A stretch of DNA of 64,000 nt, taken from the NCBI RefSeq assembly GCF_963921235.1, contig NC_086108.1:70992001-71056000 (forward strand), written 5' to 3'. The translations under genes and the position numbers were made by a program. Origin of the DNA: Mobula hypostoma (taxonomy: Eukaryota). The notes beneath the pieces were generated by a model. That model was not told the DNA's origin. It was given only the letters and a program-made list of their open reading frames with translations, and did not search any database. This document shows positions 24,833-37,064 of this stretch, in pieces (the stretch's first letter is position 1; each line of letters opens with the position of its first letter).

Positions 24833-27390
24833 AGTCAAGTCAAGTCACCTTTATTGTCATTTCAACCATAACTGCTGGTACATTACACAGTAAAAACAAA
24901 ACAACATTCCTCCAGGACTGTGGTGCTACCTGAAACAACACAAAATTACACTAGATTTCAGACCTACATAGGACTACAAAGTGCACAAAACAGTGCAAGA
25001 CAGTACAATAATTAATAAACAAAACAATAGGCACAGTAAAGGACAAATTACAATATTATAAATGATGTAAATGCAAACAGTGTTTTAGCAGGAATTGAGA
25101 AAGAAATGAGCAAAAATTGCAAAGGGAGTGGTGTTCAGGTGTGTGTCTGTCTCTCTCTGTCTCTCCACTCTGGGAATTGAGAATTCTAATGGCTTGGGGG
25201 AAGAAACTGTTACACAGTCTTGTTGTGAGACCCCGAATGCTTTGGTACCTTTTGCCAGATGGCAGGAGGGAGAAGAGTTTGTATGAGGGGTGTGGGGTCC
25301 TTCACAATGCTGTTAGCTTTGTGGATGCAGCGTGTGGTGTAAATGTCTGTAATGGTGGGAAGAGAGACCCCGATGATCCCTTCAACTGACCTCACTATCT
25401 GCTGCAGGATCTTGCGATCAAAGTCGGTGCAATTTCCAAACCAGGTAGTAATGCAGCTGCTCAGGATACTCTTGATACATCCTCTGTAGAATGTGGTGAG
25501 GATGGGGCGTGGAAGATAGACTTTTCTCAGCCTTCGCAGAAAGTAGAGACGCTGCTGGGCTTTCTTGGCTATGGAACTGGTGTTGAGGGACTAGGTGAGA
25601 TTCTCCTCCTGGTGAACACCAAGAAATTTGGTGCTGTTAACGATCTCTACAGAGGAGCTGTCGATGTTCAGCAGAGAGTGGTTGCTCTGTGTCCTCCTGA
25701 AGTCAACAACCATCTCTTTTGTTTTGTTCGCATTCAGATACAGGTTGTTGGCTTTGCATCAGTCCGTTAGCTACTGCACTTCCTCTCTGTATGCTGACTC
25801 GTCATTCTTGCAAATGAGACCCACCTCGGTCGTGTCATTGGTGAACTTGATGATGTGGTTCGAGCTGTGTATTGCTGCACAGTCGTGGGTCAGCAGAGTG
25901 AACAGCAGCGGACTGAGCACACAGCTCCGGGGTGCCCCCATGCTCAGTGTGATGGTGTTAGAGGGCGGGAGGAGAAGAGAAACAGCGCGCCGTGCGTGCG
26001 CAGCCCTCCGATGAAAAATCATATCATATCTGTTAAATAGGGGCAGTGGACAATTCTGATTTGATGAAGATGGACTTGAAAGCACAGAGGAACATCTGGA
26101 AAATTTTCTGAAATGCTCGTTCACTGCTGTCGTTACTGCGTGGTCGGGAATCTTTTGGAGGGTGGGCCTCAAAGTCCCCGGCTTTGCCTGCTGTTGGCGA
26201 CCGAGAAGGAGGTCGAATCGTTCGGATAGTGATGGTGCTCAGTACTCGGTGTCGGAGAGTTGATCAGAGCTCGAAGTTTTCGGATGACCCGGAGTCGGAC
26301 TGTGGTCGGGTATGGCAGGGAGAGTTTTTCTTCCTTCTCCTGTCTGTGTGAAATGTGGGACATTTGAGAGACTTTGAACTTTTACTGTGCTCATGGACTT
26401 CTTCATCAAGTTATGGTATTGTTACACTGTTGTAACTTTATGTTGTAATTATGTGGTTTTGTTAGCTTTTTTCAGTCTTGGTCTGTCCTGTGTTTTGTGA
26501 TATCACACCGGAGGAAATATTGTATCATTTCTTAATGCATGCATTACTAAATGACAATAAAAGAGGACTGCGTGTCTTCATAATCTAAAAGTAGAGATGC
26601 TGCTCCCGATCCGAACTGACTGAGGTCTCCCAGTTAGGAAGTCTAGAATCCAGTTGCAGAGGGGGGTATTCAGGCTTGGCTTTCCAATCAGGTGCTGAGG
26701 AATGATTGTGTTGAATGCTGAATTGAAATCTCTGAACAGCATTCGAACGTATGCATCTTTTTTGTCCTAGTGGGTGAGGGCCAGGTGGAGTGTGGTGGCG
26801 ATGGTGTCGTCTGTTGAGCGGTTGGGATGATACGTGAACTGCAGGGGGTCCAGTGAGGGGGGCAGCAGGGTCTTGATGTGCCTCATGACGAGCCTCTCGA
26901 AACACTTCATGATGATGGATGTGAGTGCGATGGGACGGTAGTCATTGAGGCAAGACACTGAAGACTTCTTTGGCATGGGGATGATGGTGGTGGCCTTGAA
27001 GCACGTTGGAATGACGGCATTGCTCAGAGGGATGTTGAAGATGTCAGTGAGAACATCTGCCACCTGGTCTGCACATCCTCTGAGCACTCTGCCAGGAATA
27101 TTGTCTGGTCCAGCAGCCTTCCGTGGGTTGACCCTGCACAGGGTTCTCCTCACATCGGCCATGGTAAGACACAGCACCTGGTCATTGGGAGGAGGGGTGG
27201 TCTTCCTCTCCACCACGTCATTTTCAGCCTCAAAACAAGCATGGAAGTTGTTCAACACATCTGGGAGGGAGGCATCACCAGCACAGGCAGGCGATGTTGT
27301 CCTGCAGTTGGTGATGTCCTGAATGCCCTTCCACATGCGCTGCGTGTTGTTGCTGTCCTGGAAATGGCTGTGCATTCGCTGGGCGTGTGC
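24833..27390 (-). mobile_element. Rex1/Babar-like LINE, 5'-truncated, with RT
   Basis: (TTGAC)n tail at 24833. ORFs with [47 protein letters not shown] and KFTNDTT. Confidence 0.88.
25964..26591 (+). mobile_element. Non-coding 628 bp retroposon-like insertion inside the Rex-like LINE
   Basis: Host RT frame breaks at TAGAG (25959-25963) and resumes at TAGAG (26592-26596). CpG-rich 5' part, AATAAA at 26556 and a short AATCTAAAA end. Confidence 0.75.
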
Positions 27391-27451
27391 AATTCCCACG
27401 CTCTTACCATGCAGTAATGCAGTTCCTGTGAATGAATTGGGGTATGGCATT

Positions 27452-30400
27452 CATAGAAACTTAGAAAATAGGTGCAGGAGTAGGCCATTCGGCCCTTCGA
27501 GCCTGCACCGCCATTCAGTATGATCATGGCTGATCATCCAACTCAGAACCCTGTACCAGCCTTCCCTCCATACCCCCTGATCCCTTTAGCCACAAGGGCC
27601 ATATCTAACTTCCTCTTAAATATAGCCAATGAACTGGCCTCAACTGTTTCCTGTGGCAGAGAATTCCACAGATTCACCACTCTCTGTGTGAAGAAGTTTT
27701 TCCTAATCTTGGTCCTAAAAGGCTTCCCCTTTATCCTCAAACTGTGACCCCTCGTTCTGGACTTCCCCAACATCGGGAACAATCTTCCTGCATCTAGCCT
27801 GTCCAATCCCTTTAGAATTTTATACGTTTCAATAAGATCCCCCCTCAATCTTCTAAATTCCAGGGAGTATAAGCCTAGTCGATCCAGTCTTTCCTTATAT
27901 GAAAGTCCTGTCATCCCAGGAATCAATCTGGTGAACCTTCTTTGTACTCCCTCTATGGCAAGAATGTCTTTCCTCAGTTTAGGGGACCAAAACTGCACGC
28001 AATACTCCAGGTGTGGTCTCACCAAGGCCTTGTACAACTGCAGTAGTACCTCCCTGCTCCTGTACTCGAATCCTCTCGCTATAAATGCCAGCATACCATT
28101 CGCCTTTTTCACCGCCTGCTGTACCTGCATGCCCACTTTCAATGGCTGGTGCATAATGACACCCAGGTCTCGTTGCACCTACCCTTTTCCTAATTGGCCA
28201 CCATTCAAATAATAATCTGTTTTCCTGTTTTTGCCACCAAAGTGGATAACCTCACATTTATCCACATTAAATTGTATCTGCCATGAATTTGCCCACTCAC
28301 CTAACCTATCCAAGTCACCCTGCATCCTCTTAGCATCCTCCTCACAGCTAACACTGCCGCCCAGCTTCGTGTTATCCGCAAACTTGGAGATGCTGCATTT
28401 AATTCCCTCATCTAAGTCATTAATATAGATTGTAAACAACTGGGGTCCCAGCCCTGAGCCTTGTGGTACCCCAGTAGTCACTGCCTGCCATTCTGAAAAG
28501 GTCCCGTTTATCCCCACTCTTTGCTTCCTGTCTGCCAACCAATTCTCTATCCACATCAATACCTTACCCCCAATACCGTGTGCTTTAAGTTTGCACACTA
28601 ATCTCGTGTGTGGGACCTTGTCAAAAGCCTTTTGAAAATCCAAATATACCACATCCACTGGTTCTCCCCTATCCACTCTACTAGTTGCATCCTCAAAAAA
28701 TTCTATGAGATTCGTCAGACATGATTTTCCTTTCACAAATCCACGCTGACTTTGTCCGATGATTTCACCACTTTCCAAATGTGCTGTTATCACACCTTTG
28801 ATAACTAACTCTAGCATTTTCCCCACCACTGATGTTAGGCTAACCGGTCTATAATTCCCCGGTTTCTCTCTCCCTCCTTTTTTAAAAAGTGGGGTTACAT
28901 TAGCCACCCTCCAATCCTCAGGAACTAGTCCAGAATCTAAAGAGTTTTGAAAAATTATCACTAATGCATCCACTATTTCTTGGGCTACTTCCTTAAGCAC
29001 TCTGGGATGCAGACCATCTGGCCCTGGAGATTTTATCTGCCTTTAATCCCTTTAATTTACCTAACACCACTTCCCTACTAACATGTATTTCCCTCAGTTC
29101 CTCCATCTCACTGGACCCTCTGTCCCCTACTATTTCCGGAAGATTATTTATGTCCTCTTTAGTGAAGACAGAACCAAAGTACTTATTCAATTGGTCTGCC
29201 ATGTCCTTGCTCCCCATAATCAATTCACCTGTTTCTGTCTGTAGGGGACCTACATTTGTCTTAACCAATCTTTTTCTTTTCACATATCTGTAAAAGCTTT
29301 TACAGTTAGTTTTTATGTTCCCTGCCAGTTTTCTCTCATAATCTTTTTTCCCTTTCCTAATTAAGCCCTTTTTCCTCCTCTGCTGGACTCTGAATTTCTC
29401 CCAGTCCTCAGGTGAGCCACTTTCTCTGGCTAATTTGTATGCTTCTTCTTTGGAATTGATACTATCCCTAACTTCCCTTGTCAGCCAGGGGTGCACTACC
29501 TTCCCTGATTTATTCTTCTGCTAAACTGGGATGAACAGTTGTTGTAGTTCATCCATGCGATCTTTAAATGCTTGCCATTGCATATCCACCGTCAACGCTT
29601 TTAGTGTCATTTGCCTGTCTATTTTAGCTAATTCACGTCTCATACCTTCAAAGTTACCCTTCTTTAAGTTCAGAACCTTTGTTTCTGAATTAACTATGTC
29701 ACTCTCCATCTTAATGAAGATTTCCACCATATTATGGTCACTCTTACCCAAGGGGCCTCTCATGACAAGATTGCTAATTAACCCTTCCTCATTGCTCAAT
29801 ACCCAGTCTGGAATAGCCTGCTCTCTAGTTGGTTCCTCAACATGTTGGTTCAAAAAACCATCCCACATACATTCCAAGAAATCCTCTTCCTCAGCACCCT
29901 TACCAATTTGGTTCACCCAATCTATATGTAGATTGAAGTCACCAATTATAACTGCTGTTCCTTTATTGCACAAATTTCTAATTTCCTGTTTAATACAATC
30001 CCCGGCCTCACTACTACTGTTAGGTGGCTTGTACACAACTCCCACCAGTGTTTTCTGCCTCTTAGTGTTATGCAGCTCTACCCATATTGATTCCACATCC
30101 TCTCGGCTAATGTCCTTCCTTTTTATTGTGTTAATCTCCTCTCTAACCAGCAATGCTACCCCACCTCCTTTTCTTTCATGTCTATCCCTCCTGAATATTG
30201 AATATCCCTGAATGTTGAGCTCCCATCCTTGGTCACCCTGGAGCCATGTCTCGGTGATCCCAACTATATCATATTCATTAATAACAACCTGCACTTTTAA
30301 TTCATCCACCTTGTTACGAATGCTCCTTGCATTGACACATAAAGCCTTCAGGCTCGCTTTTACAACACTCTTAGCCCTTATACAATTATGTTGAAAAGTG

Positions 30401-31110
30401 GCCCTTTTTGATTTTTGCCCTGGATTTGCCAGCCTGCCACTTTTACTTTTCACCTTACTACTTTTTGCTTCTACCCTCATTTTACACCCCTCTGTCTCTC
30501 TGCACTTGTTCCCATCCCCCTGTTGTGAACTAACCTCCTCTCTCCTAGTCTCTTTAATTTGATTCCTACCCCCCAACCATTCTAGTTTAAAGTCACCTCA
30601 GTAGCCCTCGCAAATCTCCCCGCCAGGATATTGGTCCCCCTAGGATTCAAGTGTAACCCGTCCTTTTTGTACAGGTCACACCTGTGCCAAAAGAGGTCCC
30701 AATAATCCAAAAACTTGAATCCCTGCCCCCTGCTCCAATCCCTCAGCCACGCATTTATCCTCCACCTCATTGCATTCCTACTCTCACTGTCGCGTGGCAC
30801 GGGCAGTAATCCCGAGATTACTACCTTTGCAGTACTTTTTCTCAACTCCCTTCCTAAATATTCTCCTCTCAGGACCTCTTCCCTTTTCCTACTTATGTCA
30901 TTGGTACCTATATGTACCACAACCTCTGGCTCCTCACCCTCCCACTTCAGGATATATTGGACGCGATCAGAAATATCCCGGACCCTGGCACCAGAGAGGC
31001 AAACTACCATCTGGGTCTCTGGACTGCGTCCACAGAATCGCCTATCTGACCCCCTTACTATTGAGTCCCCTATTACAACTGCCCTCCTCTTCCTTTCCCT
31101 ACCCTTCTGA
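27452..31110 (-). mobile_element. Young CR1 LINE with ORF1 esterase (SGNH-like) part and near-complete ORF2
   Basis: ORF1 30582-31010 (CLSGARVRDI, VVHIGTND, DGLHLN). ORF2 pieces 29521-30576 (APE), 28993-29496, 28179-29000 (PQGSGLGP, KFADNTK) and 27543-28178. CATAGAAA-type tail. Confidence 0.93.
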
Positions 31111-31624
31111 GCTTCAAAGGGAAAAGTTCAGAAGATTCCCTTTCGAATGGCTCAAAGCTCAACTGAGGTGTTGATGCTCCACTTTATGTACCTTTAGGCA
31201 AAGAGTCAAGTTTTGCCTGAGCTATGATGATGTCATAACTTTCCCCTTTACTTTTTGATTGATCATGGTCATTAATCCATAATGAAAATGACAGAATCAG
31301 AAGAAATGAACCAGAAGTATGGAAGGTATAGTGTGGAGTGTCTGAAATAAGTATGCTTGTGCTGGTATAAATCCAACAGCAGCCAATGTGTGTTGTGTGG
31401 GAAAAGTTTTTTTCAAATGAGACAATAAAACTGTCCAGGCTCCTTGAATACTTTAAGAGAATACATTCTGATAAAGCAAACAAGAACTTGGCTTATTTTC
31501 AGTCAGTTCGTGAAAACTTGCAGAAATGGAAGACACTAAAACAAAACATGATGGTTTGTGTGCTTCATATAACATATCATTGCTTGTTCTAAATCTTTGA
31601 AGCCCCATACAACTGGAATAACTC

Positions 31625-32143
31625 TGTGATGGAGAGCACTCAGTAAACATACTCTTTATATTCTGTTGTCATTGCATTTAGTGTACGCACTTCAATGCCT
31701 TCTCTGGTATATTCTCATAATAACTTGGGTCCTAAACCAAGCTAATGTGCTCGGTTGGCTTTATGGTGTCTTTCTCATCACACACATTAGAATATTCCAT
31801 TTCTTTAGTAATGGGGGTGTGTGTATGTTGTTTGTATACTGTATGTAAGGTCGATACTTCTGTTTATCTTGTAATATGATTGTAACTACATTATGGGGTG
31901 CATCATATTCTAATTCATGTGTAGTCTTAAATTAACTTTGTGGGTAATTAAAGATGGTATGTCCTGGTGCTTAATAAAACAGGGCTCTTCGCCCTTAGTA
32001 GGAAAGAGAGATCAGGGCTGCCAGGAGTTTACATTGCACAAAAATTGTATGGAGCTGTTACTGTGTTTTTTGGTAGATATCTTTTTGTAAACCTTGCACT
32101 AAAGTGCTAATTGACTCCAGCCATTTTTCCTTTGGTCATAACA
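31625..32143 (+). mobile_element. Solo-LTR-like insertion (519 bp) in the hAT transposase
   Basis: TGTGATGG...GTCATAACA inverted termini and an internal TAATAAAA at about 31972. It interrupts the KPHT..E / LILPAVKEV segment. TSD unclear. Confidence 0.55.
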
Positions 32144-33685
32144 CATGTATCTATAAAACTGATTCTGCCAGCAGTTAAGGAGGTTCTGAGTACAGTTTTG
32201 TATAAGTCACCAGACCAAATAATTGAAGCGATTCCACTTAGCAACATCTCTGTTCAAAGATGAATAGATGGAATGAATGTGAATATAGAAGACACATTGT
32301 CCAACATACTTAGGCCAACAGAATTTGCTCTGCACTTAGATGAGTCAACTTTGCCAGGCAATGAACCTTTGCTTCTTAGTTATGTTCACTTCATAAAGGA
32401 TGAAAGCATGATCCAGGAGTTGTTATTTGCAACAGATAAGAATGTGGAGTCATTATTTAGGGATGTTGAGCAATTTTTCAAAGAGGAGGACATTCCACTT
32501 ACCAACATTCTTGCTTATGCAACTGATGGGGCACCACCAACGACACCAAATGATAGGATGTCACCATGGGGTTATTACTTTCTTGAAGCTGTCCCCAACA
32601 TAATTATTATTCACTTTGTAATTCACAGACAACATCTTGTTGCATAAATTGGCTGTACCTATCATTAAATACTATTATCATAGTGGTGAATAAATCAAGT
32701 CCCATGTTCTCAATTCTTGACTATTTTAAGAGCTTTGTATTGACAATGATGAACAGTTGACTGCTTGCTGCTGCACACAGAAGTCAGATGGTTCTCAAAA
32801 GAAGACTGCCTGAGAAGCTTTTATGTGCTTTTGAAAATTGTAATACAATTCTTTGAAGGCTTGACTGCTTCATTCAGTAATTAACTCCAGAATATAAGGC
32901 ATGACATTGCTTATTTGTAAGAAATATTCACAAAGTTTAATGAAATCAGTCTTCAATTGCAAGGAAATGATGTAAATCTTACAAAATTCAAATCTGTTGT
33001 CTCCATATTCCTGTCGAAGTTAACCCCACTTAAGTGCAACATTGGCTGTCATGACCTTTTTTCAATTTATAAGCTTTTCTGAGTTGGAAGAGAAAGAAAG
33101 AATAAATGCCTGTGAGCTGTATAAAGACATGTCAGAGAGATTTCAGAATCCAAATTGGAGATTGGGTCATAAATCCATTCCTGCACACTTGTAATGAGGA
33201 ATTAACAGGAACGATGGAGGAAGAACTGATCTCACTACAAAATAACTGAGCTGAAGCCAAGATTCAAAAAATCATCTCAAGATATCTCTGAATGCTATCC
33301 TGCACTGTGGAAAATTTATTGGAGTGCAGGTTCAGTGCAATCTTCCAACTTCTTTCAAGGCAATGAAATAAACGGCAAATTATCGATTATGGGGATTTGA
33401 GACTCTTCTGGCTGATCTTCAGCCTGATGTTGAGAAGCTCATTTCACTGCACCAAGCCATCCATTTCATTGAAATGTGAAAAAGCAATGAAGTAGTGAAT
33501 AGCTGTAAACTAATGTATGCTGTAAACTTGAAAATTGTTTTTACTGTAATTAAATCATTTTATATGTAGCTTTAAATAGAATTGCATGATGTTTGCAATT
33601 ATTTGTCCCTGCTTTGAATTTACAGTTCCTGCTTTCTTTCACTGTGCATCATAAATCAAAATTCTTCATAGATTTTATGTAATAG

Positions 33686-33746
33686 CTGGAACTCCAGTGT
33701 CTCGAGCTGCAATGGCGTCGTGCAAACTGCTACACTACCATAGTGC
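33686..33746 (-). mobile_element. Truncated tRNA-derived SINE head
   Basis: Minus strand GGTAGTGTAGCAGTTTGCACGACGCCATTGCAGCTCGAGACACTGGAGTTC resembles a box A/box B SINE 5' end. Confidence 0.45.
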
Positions 33747-33823
33747 TGTAATGAGTAGAACATTTCAGTTGAATGCTCACTTTGAGAGTTGAACCATCAT
33801 ATCTGGGACACCCAGTAAAGTAA

Positions 33824-33912
33824 CAGGTGAGGCTCGAACTCACAGCCTCGGCATTTCCCCAATGTGCATTTCCATTTAAGTACCACTCCCTAACCAATTG
33901 CACCACTAGAGC
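33824..33912 (-). pseudogene. Intron-containing tRNA-Ile(TAT) pseudogene (anticodon now reads TAA)
   Basis: Minus strand GCTCTAGTGGTGCAATTGGTTAGGGAGTGGTACTTAAA-[20 nt intron]-ATGCCGAGGCTGTGAGTTCGAGCCTCACCTG aligns to vertebrate tRNA-Ile-TAT. CpG-type changes are present and the 3' GAGCA is lost. Confidence 0.88.
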
Positions 33913-35599
33913 TCTAAATATCTGAGTAGTTAACTATTGATTTCTTTTGATTATATTGGGGAATACTACAAAATAAGTATAGCCCAGTGGAAGAGGCCTG
34001 AAGCATTGACAGCAAGTTTTGGATGTAAATGTTAAATTAAGATTATGGAAAACTGAAAACCTCTGTCCATTTCGTTGTATGATAATGGCAAAGTCTGTCA
34101 TCACAACACCTGAGGCTATCATTTTAAGTATTTTATCTTTCATTCCCTCTGATCACTGGGGAACTTAAAGAGTACATCATTGTTTGAAAATACACAATTT
34201 GTTTTATTTGTCTGAAGCTTGTTCTATAGATGCACCAGCAATAACTTGCATTTAAACAGTGCCACCAGTGTATCAAGAGATCACATCATGTAAGGGCATT
34301 ATCAAACTAATTTTCTCCCAGTATTCTTTCATCAATACAAGAGGATCCTAAATACTTGACTGTAATATTATGGTGCTGTGAAAGCAAAACAATAAAACAT
34401 GCAATTTTGGAAGACAAGCTTCCAAATCACTTTAACACTGGTGAGGACAGCTTGGGGGAGGGAAGAGGAAAATTGCTGCTAATCATTTTTTAGATATATA
34501 TTCCTGCAAAACTGAATTGAACTGGTGAAGCATATGGATATGTTTCATACCACGTGCTTGTTATGAAGAAAAATTACGATTTTGTGTTTATATTTTTGTC
34601 TCCATAGATGCTGATAAATATATTCGCCTCAATATTTTTGTTTTTACTTCATATATTGAGTTATTGCAGTATTTGCCTTTCAGTAATTAATTCTGAATAT
34701 AATAGTAGCTGAGCATTATGACATTAGCAGTGTCTGTTTTTTTTTTAATCTGGAAAGCATTCTTGCTTTCCCAAAGCCATTTAATGCTAAGGATTTAGCC
34801 TATACTGAGTTGCTTCTCTTCATTTTCTTTTTCAGGAAATATGTGAATTATTTTCTTAATTTTTTTTATGATCAAGGGGTTAATGTATGAAAGACAGGGC
34901 AATTCAGATTGCAGATCTACTTCCCCTTAAGTGCTAATGCATAATGGTCTTACACCACTGGGTTAATTGTTTGTTACCTTCTCCCTCATTACCAGTACAT
35001 TTCTTTTTACTGATCTACAAGCTTGTAGAGGAAATGGTGAAAATTTCAATGTAAATTTATTATCTAAGTATGTATACTATTTACAACCTTGAGGGTTGTA
35101 TGCTTGTGTGCTTACAGGCAGCTACAAAACAAAGAAACCCCATAGAATACATAAAAAGACTGTCAAACACCCAATATGCAGGGAAAAAAAATCATGCAAA
35201 CAAAAGTAAGCAAGTAACATTCAGAACTGAAAATCACAAAAGTAAGTCCATAGCCATAAAGTCAGTCACAGCCCATTTAGCCCATAATTGCCCTTTCCAA
35301 TCTGGCCCAGCCTTTAAATTCGTCAAACATTGGCTTGATCTTTATCTCTTGGGCCCGGGCCCAGGCCCAGGCCCTGCCTCCTCAACGCTGCTTTGCCTCT
35401 GTTCTGCCGCTTTGAATTGCTGATGGCTGACTTCGAAAAGTGGATAAAACTATATTTCTGTTTGAAACTCAGCAAATTTCAATACTAACTTTGGCTTTTT
35501 CTTTCAGTGTTAATTTTAAGTCTTCTAACAATTGAGACTCATGTAGTCTTTGTATAGGGACTGCGTGCCTATCTTCTCATTTTAAAAAAATAATTGATG

Positions 35600-37050
35600 T
35601 GTATCTCAAAACATGAGGTCCCAGCACCAATCCTAATGAAACACTACTGGTCATGGACCATCAGCCAGAATAACAGTTTCCCAATTTTGTTAAGTGTCTT
35701 TCAAAAGGCAGTGTAAATAAACTCCACTATCTTTTGTCATCTTAAAAAAAACTCAGTCAAGTTTGTAAGGTGTTGCCTGCCTCGCATAAAACCATGCTGA
35801 CTGTCCTTGTGCCTTTCCCAATATTTATAAATCTAATAGCTCAGTATCCTTTCCATTAACTTCTTTGCCACTGATGTGAGGCTCACTGGCCGAGAATTAA
35901 CTGTATTGTCCCTATTTCCCTTCTTGAACAAAGGTATGTTTGCCACTCTCCAGTCTTCAGAAACTATGCCTGCTCATAGTGAGGAGGCAAAAACCCCAGA
36001 GATCTCTCCATTCTTTCAGTGTTCTGGGATGTATGTCATCAGGTCCTGGGGACTTAGCCACCTTAATGATGTTCAGAAGACTCAGTATCATCTCCTCCTT
36101 AATAATGTCAAAGACATAGAACACTACAGCACAGAAACAGGCCCTTTGGCCCATCTAATCAATGCCAAACCTCCAACCTGCCTAGTCCCCTTGACCTGTA
36201 TCCAGACCATAACCCTTTATTTCCTCTCATCCACGTACCTATCCAAATTTCTCTTGAATTGCTGAAATCAAGTGTGCATCTGCCACTTGTACTGGCAGCT
36301 CATTCCACACACACACCCCCCCCTCTGAGTGAAGAAGTTCCCACTCATGTTCCCATTAAAAATTTCAGCTTGCACGTTTAACCTATTTACTCTAGTTCCA
36401 GTCTCACCCAACCCCTGGAAAATACCTGTTTGTATTTTACTCTATCTATACTCCTCATAATTTTGTATACTTCTATCAATTCTCCCCTCGTTCTTCTACA
36501 TCCTAGGGAATAAAATCATAAACTATTCAACCTTTCCCTATGACTCAGGTCCTCGAGTCCCTGCAACATCCTTGTAAATTTTTGCTGCACTCTTTCAAGC
36601 TTATTTACATCTTTCCTCTAGGTAGGTGACCAAAACCTCCTTGGACCTCACTAATGTCTTATACAATTTCAACATAACATCCCAATTCAATCCATTGATT
36701 TACGAAGGCTAATGTGCCAAAAGCTTTCTTTATGACCCTATCTACTTGTGAGGCCACTTTCAAGGAATTATGGACCTGTATCTCAAAATGTCCCAGCACA
36801 TTAGCATGGCCCACTCTATTTTCACTATTCTCCACTTTCTTCTCAGTAAACACTGACACAAAATACTTATTTGTACCTCAGCCACTTGCTCTGACACCAA
36901 GCACAAATTCCCTCCTTTATCCTGAGTGAACTTACCCTCTCATTAGTTATCTTTTTTTCTCTTAATCTAAGTATAAAATACCTTGTGCCTTTCCTTGATC
37001 CTGCTGACCACGGACATTTCATGGCTCCCTTTGTCCTCTCTCATTGCCTG
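35600..37050 (-). mobile_element. Decayed CR1 fragments, including a nested CR1 3' end (about 36113-36785)
   Basis: KSPGPDDIHPRTLKE motif, a CATAGAACACTACAGC tail at about 36115, and KKAFGTLAF. Confidence 0.7.
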
Positions 37051-37064
37051 CTTGAGCATCTTCC

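Larger units (their letters stand above)
24436..33660 (+). mobile_element. hAT Buster/Charlie-type DNA transposon fossil carrying several nested insertions
   Basis: Left end CAGTGGTTACCAAAGTGGG preceded by AGTTAAAT (nnnTAnnn). Transposase remnants: PMCVVWEKFFSNETIKLSRL (BED-like), KPHT, IPLSNISVQR, FALHLDEST, ATDGAP, HFVIHRQHL, and a C-terminus ending near 33472. Right TIR not found. Confidence 0.8.

Noticed and set aside
29531..30211. Long antisense ORFs such as 29531-30211, 49025-49441 and 11511-11879
   Set aside because: They are opposite-strand shadows of LINE ORF2 with no independent protein signature.
33824..33912. Functional tRNA-Leu(TAA) or recoded tRNA
   Set aside because: The body is Ile(TAT)-type without a long variable arm, the D stem is disrupted and the 3' acceptor strand is missing.
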